Source of the DNA: the human T2T-CHM13v2.0 reference genome, Homo sapiens
Length of the DNA stretch: 64,000 bases
Direction: 5' to 3' (one strand)
Assembly: GCF_009914755.1 (NCBI RefSeq)
Contig: NC_060927.1
Shown: positions 13,657 to 30,463 of the stretch, piece by piece
Numbering within the stretch: position 1 is the stretch's first letter
How the letters are laid out: every line of letters begins with the position of its first letter
Made by a program: the position numbers and the translations under genes
The notes under the pieces: generated by a model
Seen by the model: only the letters and a program-made list of their open reading frames with translations
Database searches by the model: none
What the model was told of the DNA's origin: nothing

Positions 13657-15159
13657 AAGTTTGCAGTTGAGCTGAAGGGAAATTTGGACACTAAATTGAT
13701 TTTGATGTAGCAGAGGAAGCAGTCTGGATAAGGGTGGGGATCAGATACAGGATGGGGCATCCAGCCCACTTGCTAGAATTAGAATTGGGCTTTTGGAACT
13801 CTGTTTATGCATAAGTCTTCCTGCAAGGCTTATATTTAAAGCAACTATATAAAATATGAAAGTCAGTATCAAATTTCTAGTCCTGTTTTCCTTTAATTTC
13901 AGTACTATAACTTCAAAGTGAAATTGTAATTTTTGTTAGGAAATGAGTAACGGTGAATTTTATGTTATGTCTGTTTATTTTGGTTAAATTTTTAAACTGC
14001 CTTTTAAAATTTTCCTTCAGACGGGGTGTACTATCTGGCACACAGGATGCCTAATACATAGTTATTCAATCATGGAAATGTATTTTCTGTTCTTAAGAAC
14101 TTTATAAAGGTGCCAACTGATGTTGGAGTTCTGAAAGTAATGTTTTAATTTGAATGATTTGAGAGATACAAGTGGAACTTAAAAAATTATTTGTCGAGTG
14201 GGTTTCTCGGGGTGAGCAGAGGTCGATGATAAATTTAGAGGAGTTGGTTTTGTGACCCAACCCTAGGTTAGAACTATGCAGTATTCAGTCTAAGTCAAAT
14301 ATTTAGGACTATTCTGATTTCCTGTCTCCTTTATTTTCAAGAAATGTCTTTGTTGTAGAATTCATATAATCCATCCTTTAATTGGTACATTGTTCAAAGG
14401 CCTGGTAATGTGTGGTAATAAACTTTTGTTTTATTTCCCAGTATTTTATTGGATGATTGACAGGAAGTTACAGATTTAAAGTCATGGTGACTTTTCTATT
14501 TTTTTTTCTTTTTACTGTCACAACAGCATTAATTTTCATGGCCTGATGATCTGTTGAGATATCTTTCTAAGAAGTTGCTAAGTTTTATCTGCCCTCATCT
14601 TCCTCCATCCCTCCCCCTTGGTATTACCATTATAAATAGGATACATGTGCACATTTTTGGTGAAACAAGAAAAGGGAAACCCCCATGGTTTCATTGTCTT
14701 TAAATATATATTTTCTCATGTTACGAGGTCCTTGTTTCTATCAAAAAGGGTTGGATAGAAAGTAAAAATGATGGCTACTGTTAGATTATCTTTAGAAGAG
14801 ATATATATTATTAAAAATACCATTAACTTTTAATTTTGAAATAATTGTAGATTCACAGGAAGGTGCCAAGATAGTACAGAGCGGTCCCATATACCCCCTT
14901 TTTTTGTTTTCTCTAGTGGTTCCATCTTACAGGATTACAGTACAATATCAAAACCAGGAGTTTGATATTGGCACAATATATGTTTGTAGGTCGTGGACAT
15001 TTTATCTCATATATGGTGTAACCACTGCTGAAGTCCAGATACTGGATGATTCCCATGTCACAAAGATTTCCCTCATTCTACCCCTTTATAATTGCAAACA
15101 TCCTTTCCTCTACTATCTCCAAATGGTGGCATCCACTAATCTGTCTTACATCTCTCTCA

Positions 15160-15464
<305 letters not shown>

Positions 15465-16410
15465 GTAGTTATATACATAGAATCATATAATATGTATATA
15501 GTGTGTGACTTTCATAGTGCCCCTGATCTCCATCCAAGTCATTGTGTGCACCAATAGTTTGCTTGGCCTTATTGTAAAGTAGTATTCTGTGGCATGGATG
15601 CACCACAGTTGGTTTAATCTTTCACCTTTTGAGGGAGATTTTGGTTGTTTTCACTTCCTAGCTGCTACAAAGTCAAATATTAACAGTGCGTACACGTTTT
15701 TGGATGATCATAAGTTTTCACTTCCCTGGGATAGTCACCCCAGAATACAGTTGCTGGGGTGTATGGTAAATGTATATTTAAGTTTTTTTTACTGCCAGGC
15801 TCTTCCAGAGTACCTTTCCCACTCTACACTCCCACCAGCAATGCATAAGAGATCCAGTTTTTTTGCATCCACCCCAGCAGCTTTTGGTATTACCACTATT
15901 TTTTTATTTTAGCGATTCTGATAGGTATGCAGTTATATCTCAGTGTGGTCCCAATTTTCATTTTCCTGGTGGCTAATGATACCGAATATCCTTTCATGTG
16001 CTCATTTGCTGTCCTGTCTTTGTGTCTTTTGCCCACTTTCTTATTGGATTTCTTTTTACTGTTGAGTTTTGAGAGTTCTACACACACTCTAGATAGTAGA
16101 TATTTGCAAACCCCATCAGATATGTGGTTTGCAAATATTTTTTATCAGTATAGAGCCTGTTCCCACGTCCTCTCACCAAGGCTCTTTATAGCACAAACAT
16201 TCTTACTTTGAATGAAATCGAATTGATTGATTTCTTCTCTCTGGCCGATGCTTTGGTTGTCATATCTGAAAACTCTTCACCAAGCACCAGGTACAGAAGA
16301 TTTTCTCTTCTCCTTTTTTACCACTTACGAGTTTCATACTTTACATTTAAATGTACAATCCATTTTGAGTTAATTTTTGTGTAAGTTGTGAGATTTACGT
16401 TGAGATACGC

Positions 16411-16620
16411 TTTTTTTTGGGACAGAATCTTGCTCTGTCACCCAGGCTGGAGTACAGTGGCGTGATCTGGGCTCACTGCAACCTCCACCTCCTGAGTTCA
16501 AGTGATTTCTGGCTAATTTTTGTATTTTTAGTAGAGACAGGATTTTCACCATGTTGGCCAGGCTGATCTGGAGCTCCTGACCTCAAGCGATCTACCTACC
16601 TCAGCCTCCCAAAGTGTGAG
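16411..16620 (-). mobile_element. Internally deleted Alu
   Basis: TCAAGTGATT joins TCTGGCTAATTTTT, so about 55 nt are missing. Confidence 0.88.
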
Positions 16621-17998
16621 ATACACTTTGTATTTTATTTTTTAAATTTTTTGCCTGTGGATGTCCAATTGCTCCAGCACCATTTGTTGAAAAGACTATC
16701 CTTCCTCCATTGAACTGCCTTTGCACCTTTGTCAAAAATCAGTTGGCCGTACTCTGTGGGTCTCCTTCTGGGTTCTCTATTCTGTTCCATTGATCTTTAT
16801 GCCTGAATCTCAGCCTATACCACATAGTCTTGATAACTTTAGATATAGAACAAGTCTTGAATTTGGATAGAGTGATTCTACCCACTCTATTCTTCTCTTT
16901 TTGAAGATTTGATTCCCTGCCTACCTCCACCACTACCCCCACCTTTTTTTTTTTTTTTTGGCTTGGAATGGCTACTGTGTTCATTGCAAATGACCACAGC
17001 ACTCCCTGAGAAATCTTCCCTTTCATGTGGCACATTTAATCCTGAGGGCCAGTTCTAACGGTTTGGTAATGTCTTATCATCTGTTTTATTCCTTTCTGGA
17101 TTCCAATTTTAAGTCAGATCGAGAGAACAAGGCCTGGCCCAGCAGGAGAGTTCTCTGATCCTTCGGTCCTATCTGACTTGGGTATGATAGGTATGTGGTA
17201 TCAACAAAGCTGGGTTTTTGCCTCACTGGTATCAAATAAGGCACTGCTGAGTGTTAGTTGGAGAAGAGCCAGAAGCTTATGACTGGCTGGGATGAGTGGT
17301 AGAGAACAGGCCTTCCCCACATATTTAATCTAACCTCTCTAGTTTAAATATTTCCAGTGGATCATCATACTCTATGACCTTGTGACATAAATCTGCACAG
17401 AGCGGCAGTTCTTATCTTCAGACTTCAGTCAAGTTTCATTACTGTGGTTTATGTGTAGTGGCTTTGTTTTGGGGCTTCCGCTTATACTGCTGTCTGCTTG
17501 TTTACCATCTCTTTCAAGCGAAAGGGTCTTTTGATTTATGACTTGGTGGGATCCTTTTCAGCATTGATAGAGAGATGTATGGGTTAATGGTTGAAAATAC
17601 ATAGGATTTGGTTGTTAGAGTATATCTAGAGAAATTGAGCTACTTTGAGGGAAATATAATATCAAATCTCACTTGTACTGATAATTTGTATAATGGAAAT
17701 ATACTGCCATTAAATGGATAACACAAAAAAATTGCTAAATATAATTGTAAGTAGGCACTTTCCTACCTAGGACATATAAGATAACCACAAAGCCATTTTA
17801 TAATCCATTAAACACTGCTGATAGAATTATATCTTCTCCAATGCATGCCCCCTAAATTGCCTGTTTCGATGCCTGAAGTTTTGCCATTAAGGATTATTAT
17901 TATTGTATTTTTGCATCCCTAGAAATTTTCTTTGTTGGATTGACAGTTCCCTTGAGTTTATGATTTGTTAAGCTGTTCCAACTTATTAAGATTGAATT

Positions 17999-18302
<304 letters not shown>

Positions 18303-18443
18303 CTATTGAATTTAATTTTGATTTTGATTTTCTGTGGCATTTTTCTGAGTGCTGTAGTTTTGAATGCAGGAGGGGAGAGGAATAGACCTGGAGCCCAAGT
18401 TGTTTGGGAAAGTGGTTTAAGTCATTGTAGTGTAAAATCATAA

Positions 18444-18684
18444 TTTTTTTTTTTTTTTGAGATGGAGTAGTGCGGTGGAGTGATCTCATCTCACTGCAAC
18501 CTCAGCCTCCCAAGTAGCTGGGATTATAGATGCTTGCCACCACACCCAGCTAATTTTTTTGTATTTTTGGTAGAAACAGGGTTTTGGACGGTTGGCCAGG
18601 CTGGTCTTAAACTCCTAACCTCAGGTGGTATGCCCAGCTCAGCCTGGGATTTGGGATTATGGGCATGACCCACGGTGCCCGGCC
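18444..18684 (-). mobile_element. Degraded Alu with several deletions
   Basis: Poly-T start, then CTCAGCCTCCCAAGTAGCTGGGATTA, ending GTGCCCGGCC. Confidence 0.85.
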
Positions 18685-19532
18685 CATATCAAAAAGTTAA
18701 AACCATGGATTTTATACAAACAAAATGAATACATGTCAAACGCAAATCATTAATAAGGCAAACAATAATCAAGTAAAGTTGGTTTAAAGGACATTTTGAG
18801 GAACTGGGTATTCGTAAGTTACAAAGGCATGCCAGAATATGATTGCTAGGTTACAGCCAACACTGGTTAATGTCCTACAGGGTAATACAACTGCTGCCTG
18901 TTTTTCTTTCTTTAAACTGGATATAAATCTACAGGTTAATGTGTAAGGTCACCAAGTCTTAACTTTAATCCCAGTAATATCAAGTCAAACAATGGTATGT
19001 TCTAGGTAACTAAATAATTTAAGGTGAGCTTGTTAAATTCTTCACCTACCATGACACTGAAATTTCGGAGAATTTTTCTTCTCAGCAGTTTGCGAAGCTT
19101 CTTGGCTACTGATAATGCCTGGGTTTTATCTACTTTACAGTTTTGCTTTGGTCTGGTATGGAAGGCTGGTCTACCTGTTTGTGAGGCAAAGCACTTTACC
19201 AGCTGGTAGCTGAACCATTTGTGATATTTTCATTGTTTTTCTTCTTCTCTGTTGACATTTGCCACTTTCAGTCCCATTTCCATCTCCATGTCTTTCTTTC
19301 ATCTTGTTAGAGTGCATTTATGCCTCTCAAATTTGCCTAGCGTGCTGGCAAAGAGGAACAGTCTGTTGGAGATGAGTGAATTACAGAGTCCCATATGATT
19401 TACTTTCTTCACTGTCTTGGACTTGGAGTTAGGTGGACATGCCTCTGCACACACCCGTGCGACCTTGAGCAAGTCTGGTGCTTACTTTAAAAGGATACTG
19501 TGAGGAGTAAAGTGTTAAAATAAAGGATTTAA

Positions 19533-19840
19533 AGCTATGCATGGTGGTGCACATTTGTGATCCCACCACTTTGGAAGGCTGAGGTAGGAGAATCACTTGA
19601 GGCTAGGAGCTCAAGACCAGCCTGGTCAACATAGCAAGACCCCTTCGCTACAAAAAAATTAAAAAATTAGTTGGGTGTGGTCGTGTGTGCCTGTAGTCCC
19701 AGCTACTCGGGAGGTTGAGGCAAGAGGATCATTTCAGCCTAGGAGTTAGAGGCTGCAGTGATCTCTGATTGCACCACTGCCCTCCAGCCTGGAAGACAGA
19801 GCAAGACCTTGTCTCAAAAAAAACAAGTTAAAAAAGAAAA
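19533..19840 (+). mobile_element. Alu (J-type)
   Basis: Sense dimer with CAACATAGCAAGACCCC and GAGGCTGCAGTGA. Confidence 0.88.
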
Positions 19841-19990
19841 AGATTTAAAAATGGTGTCTAGCACACACACAGTAAGTTTTCAATTAAGATGATCTAGCTA
19901 AGAGCTATGTATTTTTTTTGTATCTTATTATTTTATATCTTAGGTGCTCTAACATATTTGAAAACCCATATGCTTAAAAGGACCAGGGAG

Positions 19991-20359
<369 letters not shown>

Positions 20360-22537
20360 TTACAGAATTAAATACAGGAGCAAGGGTAATCTGATATCTG
20401 GCATCCCAGCTGAGGGGAGAATAGTGATTAGTAGGGGCAGTGGTGAAGGGGAGAACATTTGCACTAAGTGAAGATGGCCCACAACTGTGCATCCGGGCCA
20501 GTTGTTGCCGTATGTTTCAGGATGGCTTGATACCAACATTTTTAAAGGGAAGAGTAAAGTCTGATTGTCCTGTGTTCTTTCCCCTTTGTAAAGGTTGGCA
20601 ACTGATTGACATTTAAAAACCGCTATATTTTTGGGTTTCATAGAGTAGGCTATCAGTTTGCCGTGTTTGCTCTGGGTTGATTTAGGTTACTCAACAATAA
20701 AGGTAAATAGTTAATTTAGACCTTGTAAGACCTTGTGACCATAGCAATCATTTTCCCAGTCCTCTGCTTTCACAGACAAGGGAGTAGCTTTGGGCAAAGT
20801 TACATGGCCCGTTAGTGACAGTACTTTTACTTTTTATGAAAATGAGCTTTACTTTTACACATTCTTTGATTTGGGGAGTTATATGGTTTAACATACTCAT
20901 TTTTTAACAATTCACCATGCATTTAAAACATGAGCCTAGTGATTGTTAGAACAAAGGAGGGAAATACACTGAAATTTGAACAGTGGTTATGGTTATTTTT
21001 ATTTTCTTGTTTATGCTTTTTATGTACTCTCTTGCCTATTTAATGTACTCTGCTCATTAATGTACTTTGCCTAATGTGCTTCTATAGTGAATATTTATTG
21101 CTTTCATTATCAGAAAAAGCAATAAATGCCATTAAAAAAAGAATTCATCATGGAAATGCCTAGATATGTGATAATATAATGATTGATTAGTTTCATGGCT
21201 CCCAAGATTGTTGCCCATAACGTGGTGGTTCATTTCGTTTGCTCCATGAAAATGATAGTGCGTCTTATTTTGCACCTGAGATATGTTTAGATGGGTCTTC
21301 CTTAGGTCTGCTGCGATTTCTTTGACTGAAGGGGTTTGTGACCACCACGGGGCATGTAAGTTGCTGGTGCCACTCCTGGGCAGCTTGCCTGTAAGGGATA
21401 CCGTCTGTGTTGGCAGAACCAGGGGCTTGTCCTGCTGGGCTGGAGCCCACCAACTGTTGCAGCTACAGTGCCTCAGCTGTCGTGCTTTTACACTGTCATT
21501 AGCCATGCAGACCTTTATGGCTCAAACCAGGCCACATCTGTTGTGAGTCCTGTGACCTTCAAAACCCACACCAGGAAGAAATGCAAAACACATTTTTATC
21601 TCCAGGCTTTCTGCAAACACATCATTTTAGAGGGCTTATTTAAGAATGTTTTTCTAAACTTATAAAAGACTTTCATTTTTCTTGTCTTCCATTAACAGCG
21701 GAGGTTCATTGTTAATGATTTGAGCAAATTAGTGTTGCTCAGAAAGTAGTTTGTTAACCACTTGCATCTGATCACAGGAGTTTGTTAAAAATATTGTCTC
21801 AAGCCTCACAGTAGTCCAGTGGAATCATGATCTGAGGGGTGTGTTTGTCCATCCACATTTTAAACCAGTGATTTGGGCATTTAGGGCTATATGCCCTAAG
21901 GGACACTCTCTTTTAGAGAGGTAGGCATGAAGTTAGAAAGGTGACTCTAAGATGAGTGGTCATGTGGTGAATTGGGCACCTCCAGGAGTGCCTAGACTTC
22001 TTAGAAAGTTTGCTTTTGTTCACTTATCACATTATTGAGAAAGGGAGAGTAAACTTTAGGGAAAGGGGTTCCAAAGTCATGTTACTTGCAGAGTGTTTGT
22101 GGCCATTGAAAGATTGGGAACTGGATTTCTAGGTTACAACATTGATTCATTTGGCTATGCTTTTCAGAAATAGTAATGACTATAATGAAATTGTCCTATT
22201 TTCTGTATTTGCTGTGGGCCCCTTTAACTCAGTTCCCTCTGAAAACCTGTTGAACACTGTTCTACTCTTTCTGCATTATTCAATGCCAAGCCAAGGTGTT
22301 AGGCTTCCTGATGGATTTATGAGCCTCACATTTCCATTGCTAAAGCAGTGAATAGACCAAGGAACGATTTGGCTCCATAAAAATAGTTTTTACCCCCGTT
22401 GAGTTAGCAGTCTCTTGAATAGAAAAAAGGAAAAGAGAAAAAGTAGAGTTCCCTTAAATTGTGGGGATGGGATAGGTAGAGAATTGAAAGACAGAGGGTT
22501 TGACTAGTTTTGTTCTTGGGGACAGGAACATTAGTAG

Positions 22538-22877
<340 letters not shown>

Positions 22878-23027
22878 TCAGAAGCTCCCTTTCACAGTGC
22901 TATGCAGGGCTTTAAAGCCACACATGCCAGACATTCTAGATGGAAATTTCTTTTTCCCATTTATTTTTCCAGCTTTTTCTGTAGTTCTCCACTGTCCAGT
23001 AGGAATGGAACGTGAACTGCATAGGTA

Positions 23028-23336
<309 letters not shown>

Positions 23337-23528
23337 CACATAGGGACTTTTAAATTTTGTAGCAGCTACCATAAAAAGTAAAAAGAAACAGGTGGAATTA
23401 ATTAGAATAATTTATATAACCCAGTATATCTAAAATGTCATTTTGACATGTAATCAGAATTTTAAAAATGTTGATGAGATATTTTGCCTTTTTGTTTCTT
23501 ACTAAGCATTTGAAATCCTGTATTAGCA

Positions 23529-24061
<533 letters not shown>

Positions 24062-24589
24062 TTAAAATGTGAACATATGCCTGCGTGGAACATTCCCTTT
24101 TTCTGTTTAAAAGAAAGTGAATTGTTTTCGCAGCAGTTAGTTGGTGTTAGCATAATGCCTTCCTGTGTAGGCTGTAGTGTTAGAATTCTCTTTACAAGCC
24201 TTGTAATAATTTTCAGGAATGATCACTTTTATTATAGTATTTTTAGTGCCACTAGAGGGTTTTTACAGTGTGAAATCTCTTAAAAGGACAGTCAAAAACA
24301 TACTGTGTTTCTTGTGGGACACAGGGTTGGGCATTTAAGTACCTAGTAGTGTTCTTGAGACAGATTCTATGAAATTAGAATTGTCCAGGAGAAACCCAGG
24401 TCAAAGGTCACTTTGTATCAGTTCAAACATGTTCTATATTGGTATTTCATGTTTGGGTCTTTATACTCTGTATATTTTGTGAAATAACTAAATCTTCATG
24501 ATTCATTTCTATGTTGTAGCCCCTCACACTTAATTAGGGGGTCCCAGTGGAGCTTCCTTTCCGTTTCTCTATCTGTTTAGAGTGTCTGG

Positions 24590-24810
24590 GTGTGTATTCA
24601 TTTCTCTGTCATGTGCCATGTGACTTTGGCAAGGTCCTTAACCATTCTGTGCCTAGATTGCCTGGTTTTTAAAATGGGAATAATGAGAGCATTTATCCCA
24701 GAAAGCTCTGGTGAGGGTTAACATGAGATATTTCAGTTGAATAGATCAGCACAGTGCCTCCTGGTACATGGTAAGTGCTAAAGAAGCATTACCTATCACC
24801 AGCACCATTA
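24590..24810. mobile_element. MIR
   Basis: TGTGACTTTGGCAAG...CTTAACC.TTCTGTGCCT...TAAAATGGGAATAAT...CAGCACAGTGCCT. Confidence 0.7.
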
Positions 24811-25009
24811 CTCATTTTCTTTGTGAATTTTAGCAACTAAAGCAGAGCAGGACAAATTTTAGGAATGGATTTATTTCTTTGACATTGAGATGGAGCTTTA
24901 AAAAGCATTCCTGACTTCTTCCCAAAACATAAATTAAAAATCTTTGTTTCTGCCACAATATCTTTAGTCTCATTTCCCTGTTCCCTCTACTGTTTCATCC
25001 TGGGATTGA

Positions 25010-25329
<320 letters not shown>

Positions 25330-27136
25330 TAAATTATTTTAATAAGAACTCTCTGGTTAGAGCATGACTGTTAAAGAGAAACTTCCTAAATGCATTTTAC
25401 AAAGTGCTTTTTCTCTTTCTCGCTTTTTCTGAAACACTGGTTCTTGAATAAACCTCAGATATCATGTATGATTTCTGAAATACCTAAAATCTGCAGGCTT
25501 TTTTCTCTCCTACTTTTTGGTTCCATTATGTTAAATATCAAAGAATAGATTAACCAGAATATGAATGGACAGGCATGCAAGAAAAACTGGAGGTTTCCAG
25601 TTGCTCCTAATACCATCTATTTCTCTCACCTTTTCACTTAATACTCACTTACTGATTATGCAGAGGTGATATTTAAGAACAAATCCATTTAATAAACCTT
25701 TGTAAGTAATATTTAAAGGAGTGTTTATTTTTCAGAATTCACCCAGGATTTCTGTGATCTGCGGTTCTTTGGCTTTGGCACCCGGTTGTCCCAATTTGTT
25801 CCAGAGTATTTTACTGCATATGCGATGTCTTTCTCGTTTGCTGTCTATAAATCAAAGGAAGAGTTCGTTTCATTTAATTTTGCCTGATAGGGAAACCCCC
25901 AAAGATACAAAATGACTCTTCAACGTTAGTGTATTTATTAAAAATAAAAAAGGAAACTGCCTTTTTGTTCTCCTTCCTATCCCAAGTTTGATTGACCGTA
26001 TTGCAGAGTCATAAAAGGATTTATATTCAGAGTTGAAAAGTCTCCCTGAAATTGATTTCACCTAGCTTCTTGTATATAAATAGATATTGAGAGGGGGGGA
26101 ATAATACTGAACTGAAACTTTCAATTTTGAATGTGAGCTTTCCAAAGTCATGAAACTGCTTTTCCGTCTGACTCTTCAGATGGATCTTATAGCATAATTG
26201 GTCAGAGCCAGAGGAGGTTTTTGAAAAAGCATAGCCAAAAAAGAGAAAGGAAACAAACCCCACTTTTTTAATAGCTGCAGTTTCTTCATCAGGAAAGGAC
26301 TTTGGTTAAATAGCTCTTCTTCCCAAAAAGGCAAAACATTTTTCCTCATATAATTAATTTAAGAAATTGCTTTTAGAGCTATTTAAACAGACCTAGAGAT
26401 AAGTGCTTTAGCCATCTTGATGTGCTCTAGCGAAAATTTTTATGTGGTTAGAATTTTTTTAATTAAATCACTTCATTTAAGATTGTAATAGCCCTTTTAA
26501 ATTATTTTCCTTGAGACTCGTATTGTGTTATTTCAAGTTAATAACTCCTCTTCAAGCAAAGCAAAATGCAAGATATTTCTTCTGATGATTTCTTTCTGCA
26601 ATTGAAGAGAACAAAGCCAGCCTCATTCTTGCTGGAAAGGAAGCAAATCTAACACCTAATAAAAATGGAGATAACAAAAATGAACCTGTAGCCCTGGGAT
26701 ATTCTGACTAGCAACATTAAAGTGGTTGCCTGGGCAATACTAACCCCAATTCCTTGAGTTTTTTTTTTTTTTTCTTTGAAATGCCGGGGACAGGCCTACA
26801 TTGATTGAATCAAACAAAGCCGATGAGAGGCCTGTGTTTGAGGGGGAAGAAATGTTCCTACAGACTTGGAGTGAGGAAGAGAGCAGTGTATTTGGAATTT
26901 TTCTACCCAAAGCATATTTGTCCCTGAATACAGATGCATGATTATAGAGCCATCCTGAACAGGTGCTAAAGACAAAGTCTTTCTCATTGTGCAGAGACAA
27001 TTTACCATAGATTTAATTTATTAATTAGCCTTTACTTAGATGTGCTCACACCGACTTAGGGAAAAGTTCTTTTTAGAATTGTTTTGGGAGGCAGAGTTGA
27101 GGTTGAGGCCATGCTCACATCCATGTTAAAACAATG

Positions 27137-27458
<322 letters not shown>

Positions 27459-29068
27459 TAATCATCACTGACATAAGGTTCCTCTGAAATCCATAGTAGA
27501 GCCTTCTGTACCTCTACAAGTATCATACAGGCAGGAAGTTTTTTTTTCTTGTATGATTATCAAGGGTGTAATTTTATGTACTATATAGCTAAGGGAAAAT
27601 TTAGTAATAATGTATATTCTTTCTTTTCCTTATTTTCTCTGTGAATACTTGTATTTGGCTTGATTCTCATTAACTATTATCTTTTTTTTTCCCCATTGAT
27701 CTGTCTAAGCAGTTCATTTTGTGAACAATCCTAATTCAGATGAAGAAGGGTGAAGGTGAAGTTTGTAAAAATAATATCAAAAGAAATCTAAAAACACGTT
27801 CATTAGGCATTTGACCAAGTAAATATAAATAGATGAGTTGAATATTTGTTTTGCTTTCCAAACTTTTTCTTCCAGGAGCACTCCCTCCACAGTCCCCTGT
27901 GCACAGGTGGAAGTACACACTTAACAATGATTCGTCTTGACTCACCCTGGGGATCGGAGTGAGGAGCCACTGTTTCTGCTCTTGCCCGCCTCCCTCCAAT
28001 CTGTTCCCTGCCCAGCAGAGTTGTTTTTACAAAGCGTATATTGGTTAAAATGTTCTAAAATTAGATTACAGCAATGGTTTATGCAAGTCTGTAATTATAC
28101 TAAAAACCATTATATCTCAATAACGCTGCTTTAAAGGAAGGCATATATCAGACCATATTGACTGCCATGTTGGTTCTTCATTGCCTTCTTAAGTTCCTTT
28201 AAGGTCCTGAAGGATCCTGACTTGGTGCATCTTCAGCCTCCCACTTCTCCCCAACACCAGCTCATCAAGATTTACCAGGGTGGATGCCACCCTTTTTCCT
28301 GCCTCAACATCCTTGTATGTGCTGTTCCCCTGTCTTTGAACCCTATCATCTCTCCCTGTCAATGCCCTCAACTAAAATGATGTTTCTTTTCTCCAAATGA
28401 TGTTTCTTTCCCTGCCTCCTCTCTCTCTCTAAGTACATTCTTTCCCTGCTTGTATTCTCTGTGGCTGTATCATGTGTGTTTCACTTTATTTTCATGTTGT
28501 TCAGTCATTATACAAGTTTTGCTTTATGTGTTTATTGATTGCCTTCCTCATGGACTGGAAGCTCCAAGAGGGCAGGAACGGTGTAGAGTATATACTGTTG
28601 AATGCCATGGCAGCATCCTGTCATGGAGAGACCAAGAAAACTTGCCTAAATCTTACCAAACTTCCTAGAAATTATCTTTTTGATAAGCAGGAGTTAGGAG
28701 CTACTTAAGCAGATGGTGGGTGTTGGAGGTGGAGTACATAGTTTGCTGACCAGAAGCACAAAGCTTGGGGAATAGATGGCGATGGGCTATTGAGTGGCTG
28801 ACCAGCTAGGGTTCAAGTGGTTTCTTCAACCTGGCTCTGGAAGTCAGAGGTCTTTGGTTTTACTCGGGGGAGAGTTTTGGAATGAGGTCCACCCCCTTCA
28901 TGATACGGTGTTTTAAGCAAAGGGGTGTCATGGTTGGAGTGTCCCCTGTATTTGATCCCCAGACGCAGGTCCTAGGGCTTGTGCATTCAGGGTGTTTTCT
29001 ACCATCTACCATGTTTAGGGATTATCTTGGTGGATATTTTTGTTATTGTGAAGCTTACTCATTTCTAA

Positions 29069-29428
<360 letters not shown>

Positions 29429-29487
29429 TATGCTGAGGTTTTAAAATGGGTACCCAACCACATTTAAATAGGGCTTCTTTGTCCATT

Positions 29488-29623
29488 TATATATATATAT
29501 ATATACACATATATATATATATATGTGTATATATATATGTATATATATATGTGTATATATATATATGTGTATATATATATGTATATATATATGTGTATAT
29601 ATATATATGTATATATATATATA
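29488..29623. repeat. Interrupted (TA)n microsatellite (~136 bp)
   Basis: Alternating TA with periodic TG/CA interruptions. Confidence 0.97.
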
Positions 29624-29822
29624 AACCTATTTCATTCAATATTTCACATGGAATGTGCATGTAAAAATGACTCAACAATATAAAAGGCCTATATAAAAGG
29701 CCTATTTCTTTCAAATACCAAAGTTAGGTGACATAGTTTGTTTTGGGGTTTGGCACAAAGTTACTAACCATGGTGCTCTATTCGACTTATACAACTGACA
29801 AATAACTGCTGGATGAATCTGC

Positions 29823-29899
29823 TTTTTTTTTTTTGAGATGGAGTCTCGCTCTGTTGCCCAGGCTGGAGTGCAGTGGTGCGATCTTGGCTCACTGCAAGC
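29823..29899 (-). mobile_element. Short AluY-like 3' fragment
   Basis: T12-GAGATGGAGTCTCGCTCTG...CTCACTGCAAGCT, then an abrupt end with no obvious TSD. Confidence 0.85.
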
Positions 29900-30043
29900 T
29901 TATTTCTCATGGATAAAAATGTGTTAGGCAGTCACAATTACACATTTTAAATGAAAGATAACATGAATCAAGATAATTTATTAATCAACATGTCACTTTC
30001 TTATTTGCTTCCTTAACTCAAGTTGTAACTTAATGCTTACTTC

Positions 30044-30369
30044 TTTATTTTTATTTTATTTTTGAGACAAGGTCTTGCCCTGTTGCCCAGGCTGGAGTGC
30101 AGTGGAGCCATCACGGCTCATGGCAACCTCAGACTCCTGGGCACAAGTGATCCTCCCGTCTCAGCCTCCTGAATAGCTGGAACCACCTTGCCTGGCTAAT
30201 TTTCATTTTTATTTTTGTAGAGATGGGGTCTTGCTCTGTTGCTTTTTTTTTTTTTTTTTTTTTTTTTTTTGGTAGAGATGGGGTCTTGCTTTGTTGCCTA
30301 GACTGGTCACAAACTCCTGGGCTCAAGCTCTCCTCCCTGGTTGGCCTTCCAAAGTGATGGGACTTGGCC
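30044..30369 (-). mobile_element. Alu (J-type) with internal duplication around a T28 tract
   Basis: GTAGAGATGGGGTCTTGCT(C/T)TGTTGC at 30217-30242 and 30272-30297. Confidence 0.88.
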
Positions 30370-30386
30370 TATTTGAAAAAAAAAAA

Positions 30387-30463
30387 TTTTTTTTAAGGCT
30401 AGTCAAGGGAAGCAGTGGGAGTGGAGAAAGAACAAAGAAATCTGTTCCTGGTTGTGATCAATT
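30387..30463 (-). pseudogene. 5'-truncated Y3 RNA (RNY3) retropseudogene with short A tail
   Basis: The reverse complement of 30395-30463 reads AATTGATCACAACCAGGAACAGATTTCTTTGTTCTTTCTCCACTCCCACTGCTTCCCTTGACTAGCCTT. This matches hY3 from nt ~32 to the end (as recalled) with about 4 substitutions, followed by A8 (T at 30387-30394). Confidence 0.9.

Noticed and set aside
28375-28409. Short tandem duplications (20-bp period here, 8-bp period at ~9708-9733)
   Set aside because: These are ordinary slippage products with no sign of function.
29446-29714. Ile/Tyr-rich ORFs
   Set aside because: They are translations of the (TA)n microsatellite.
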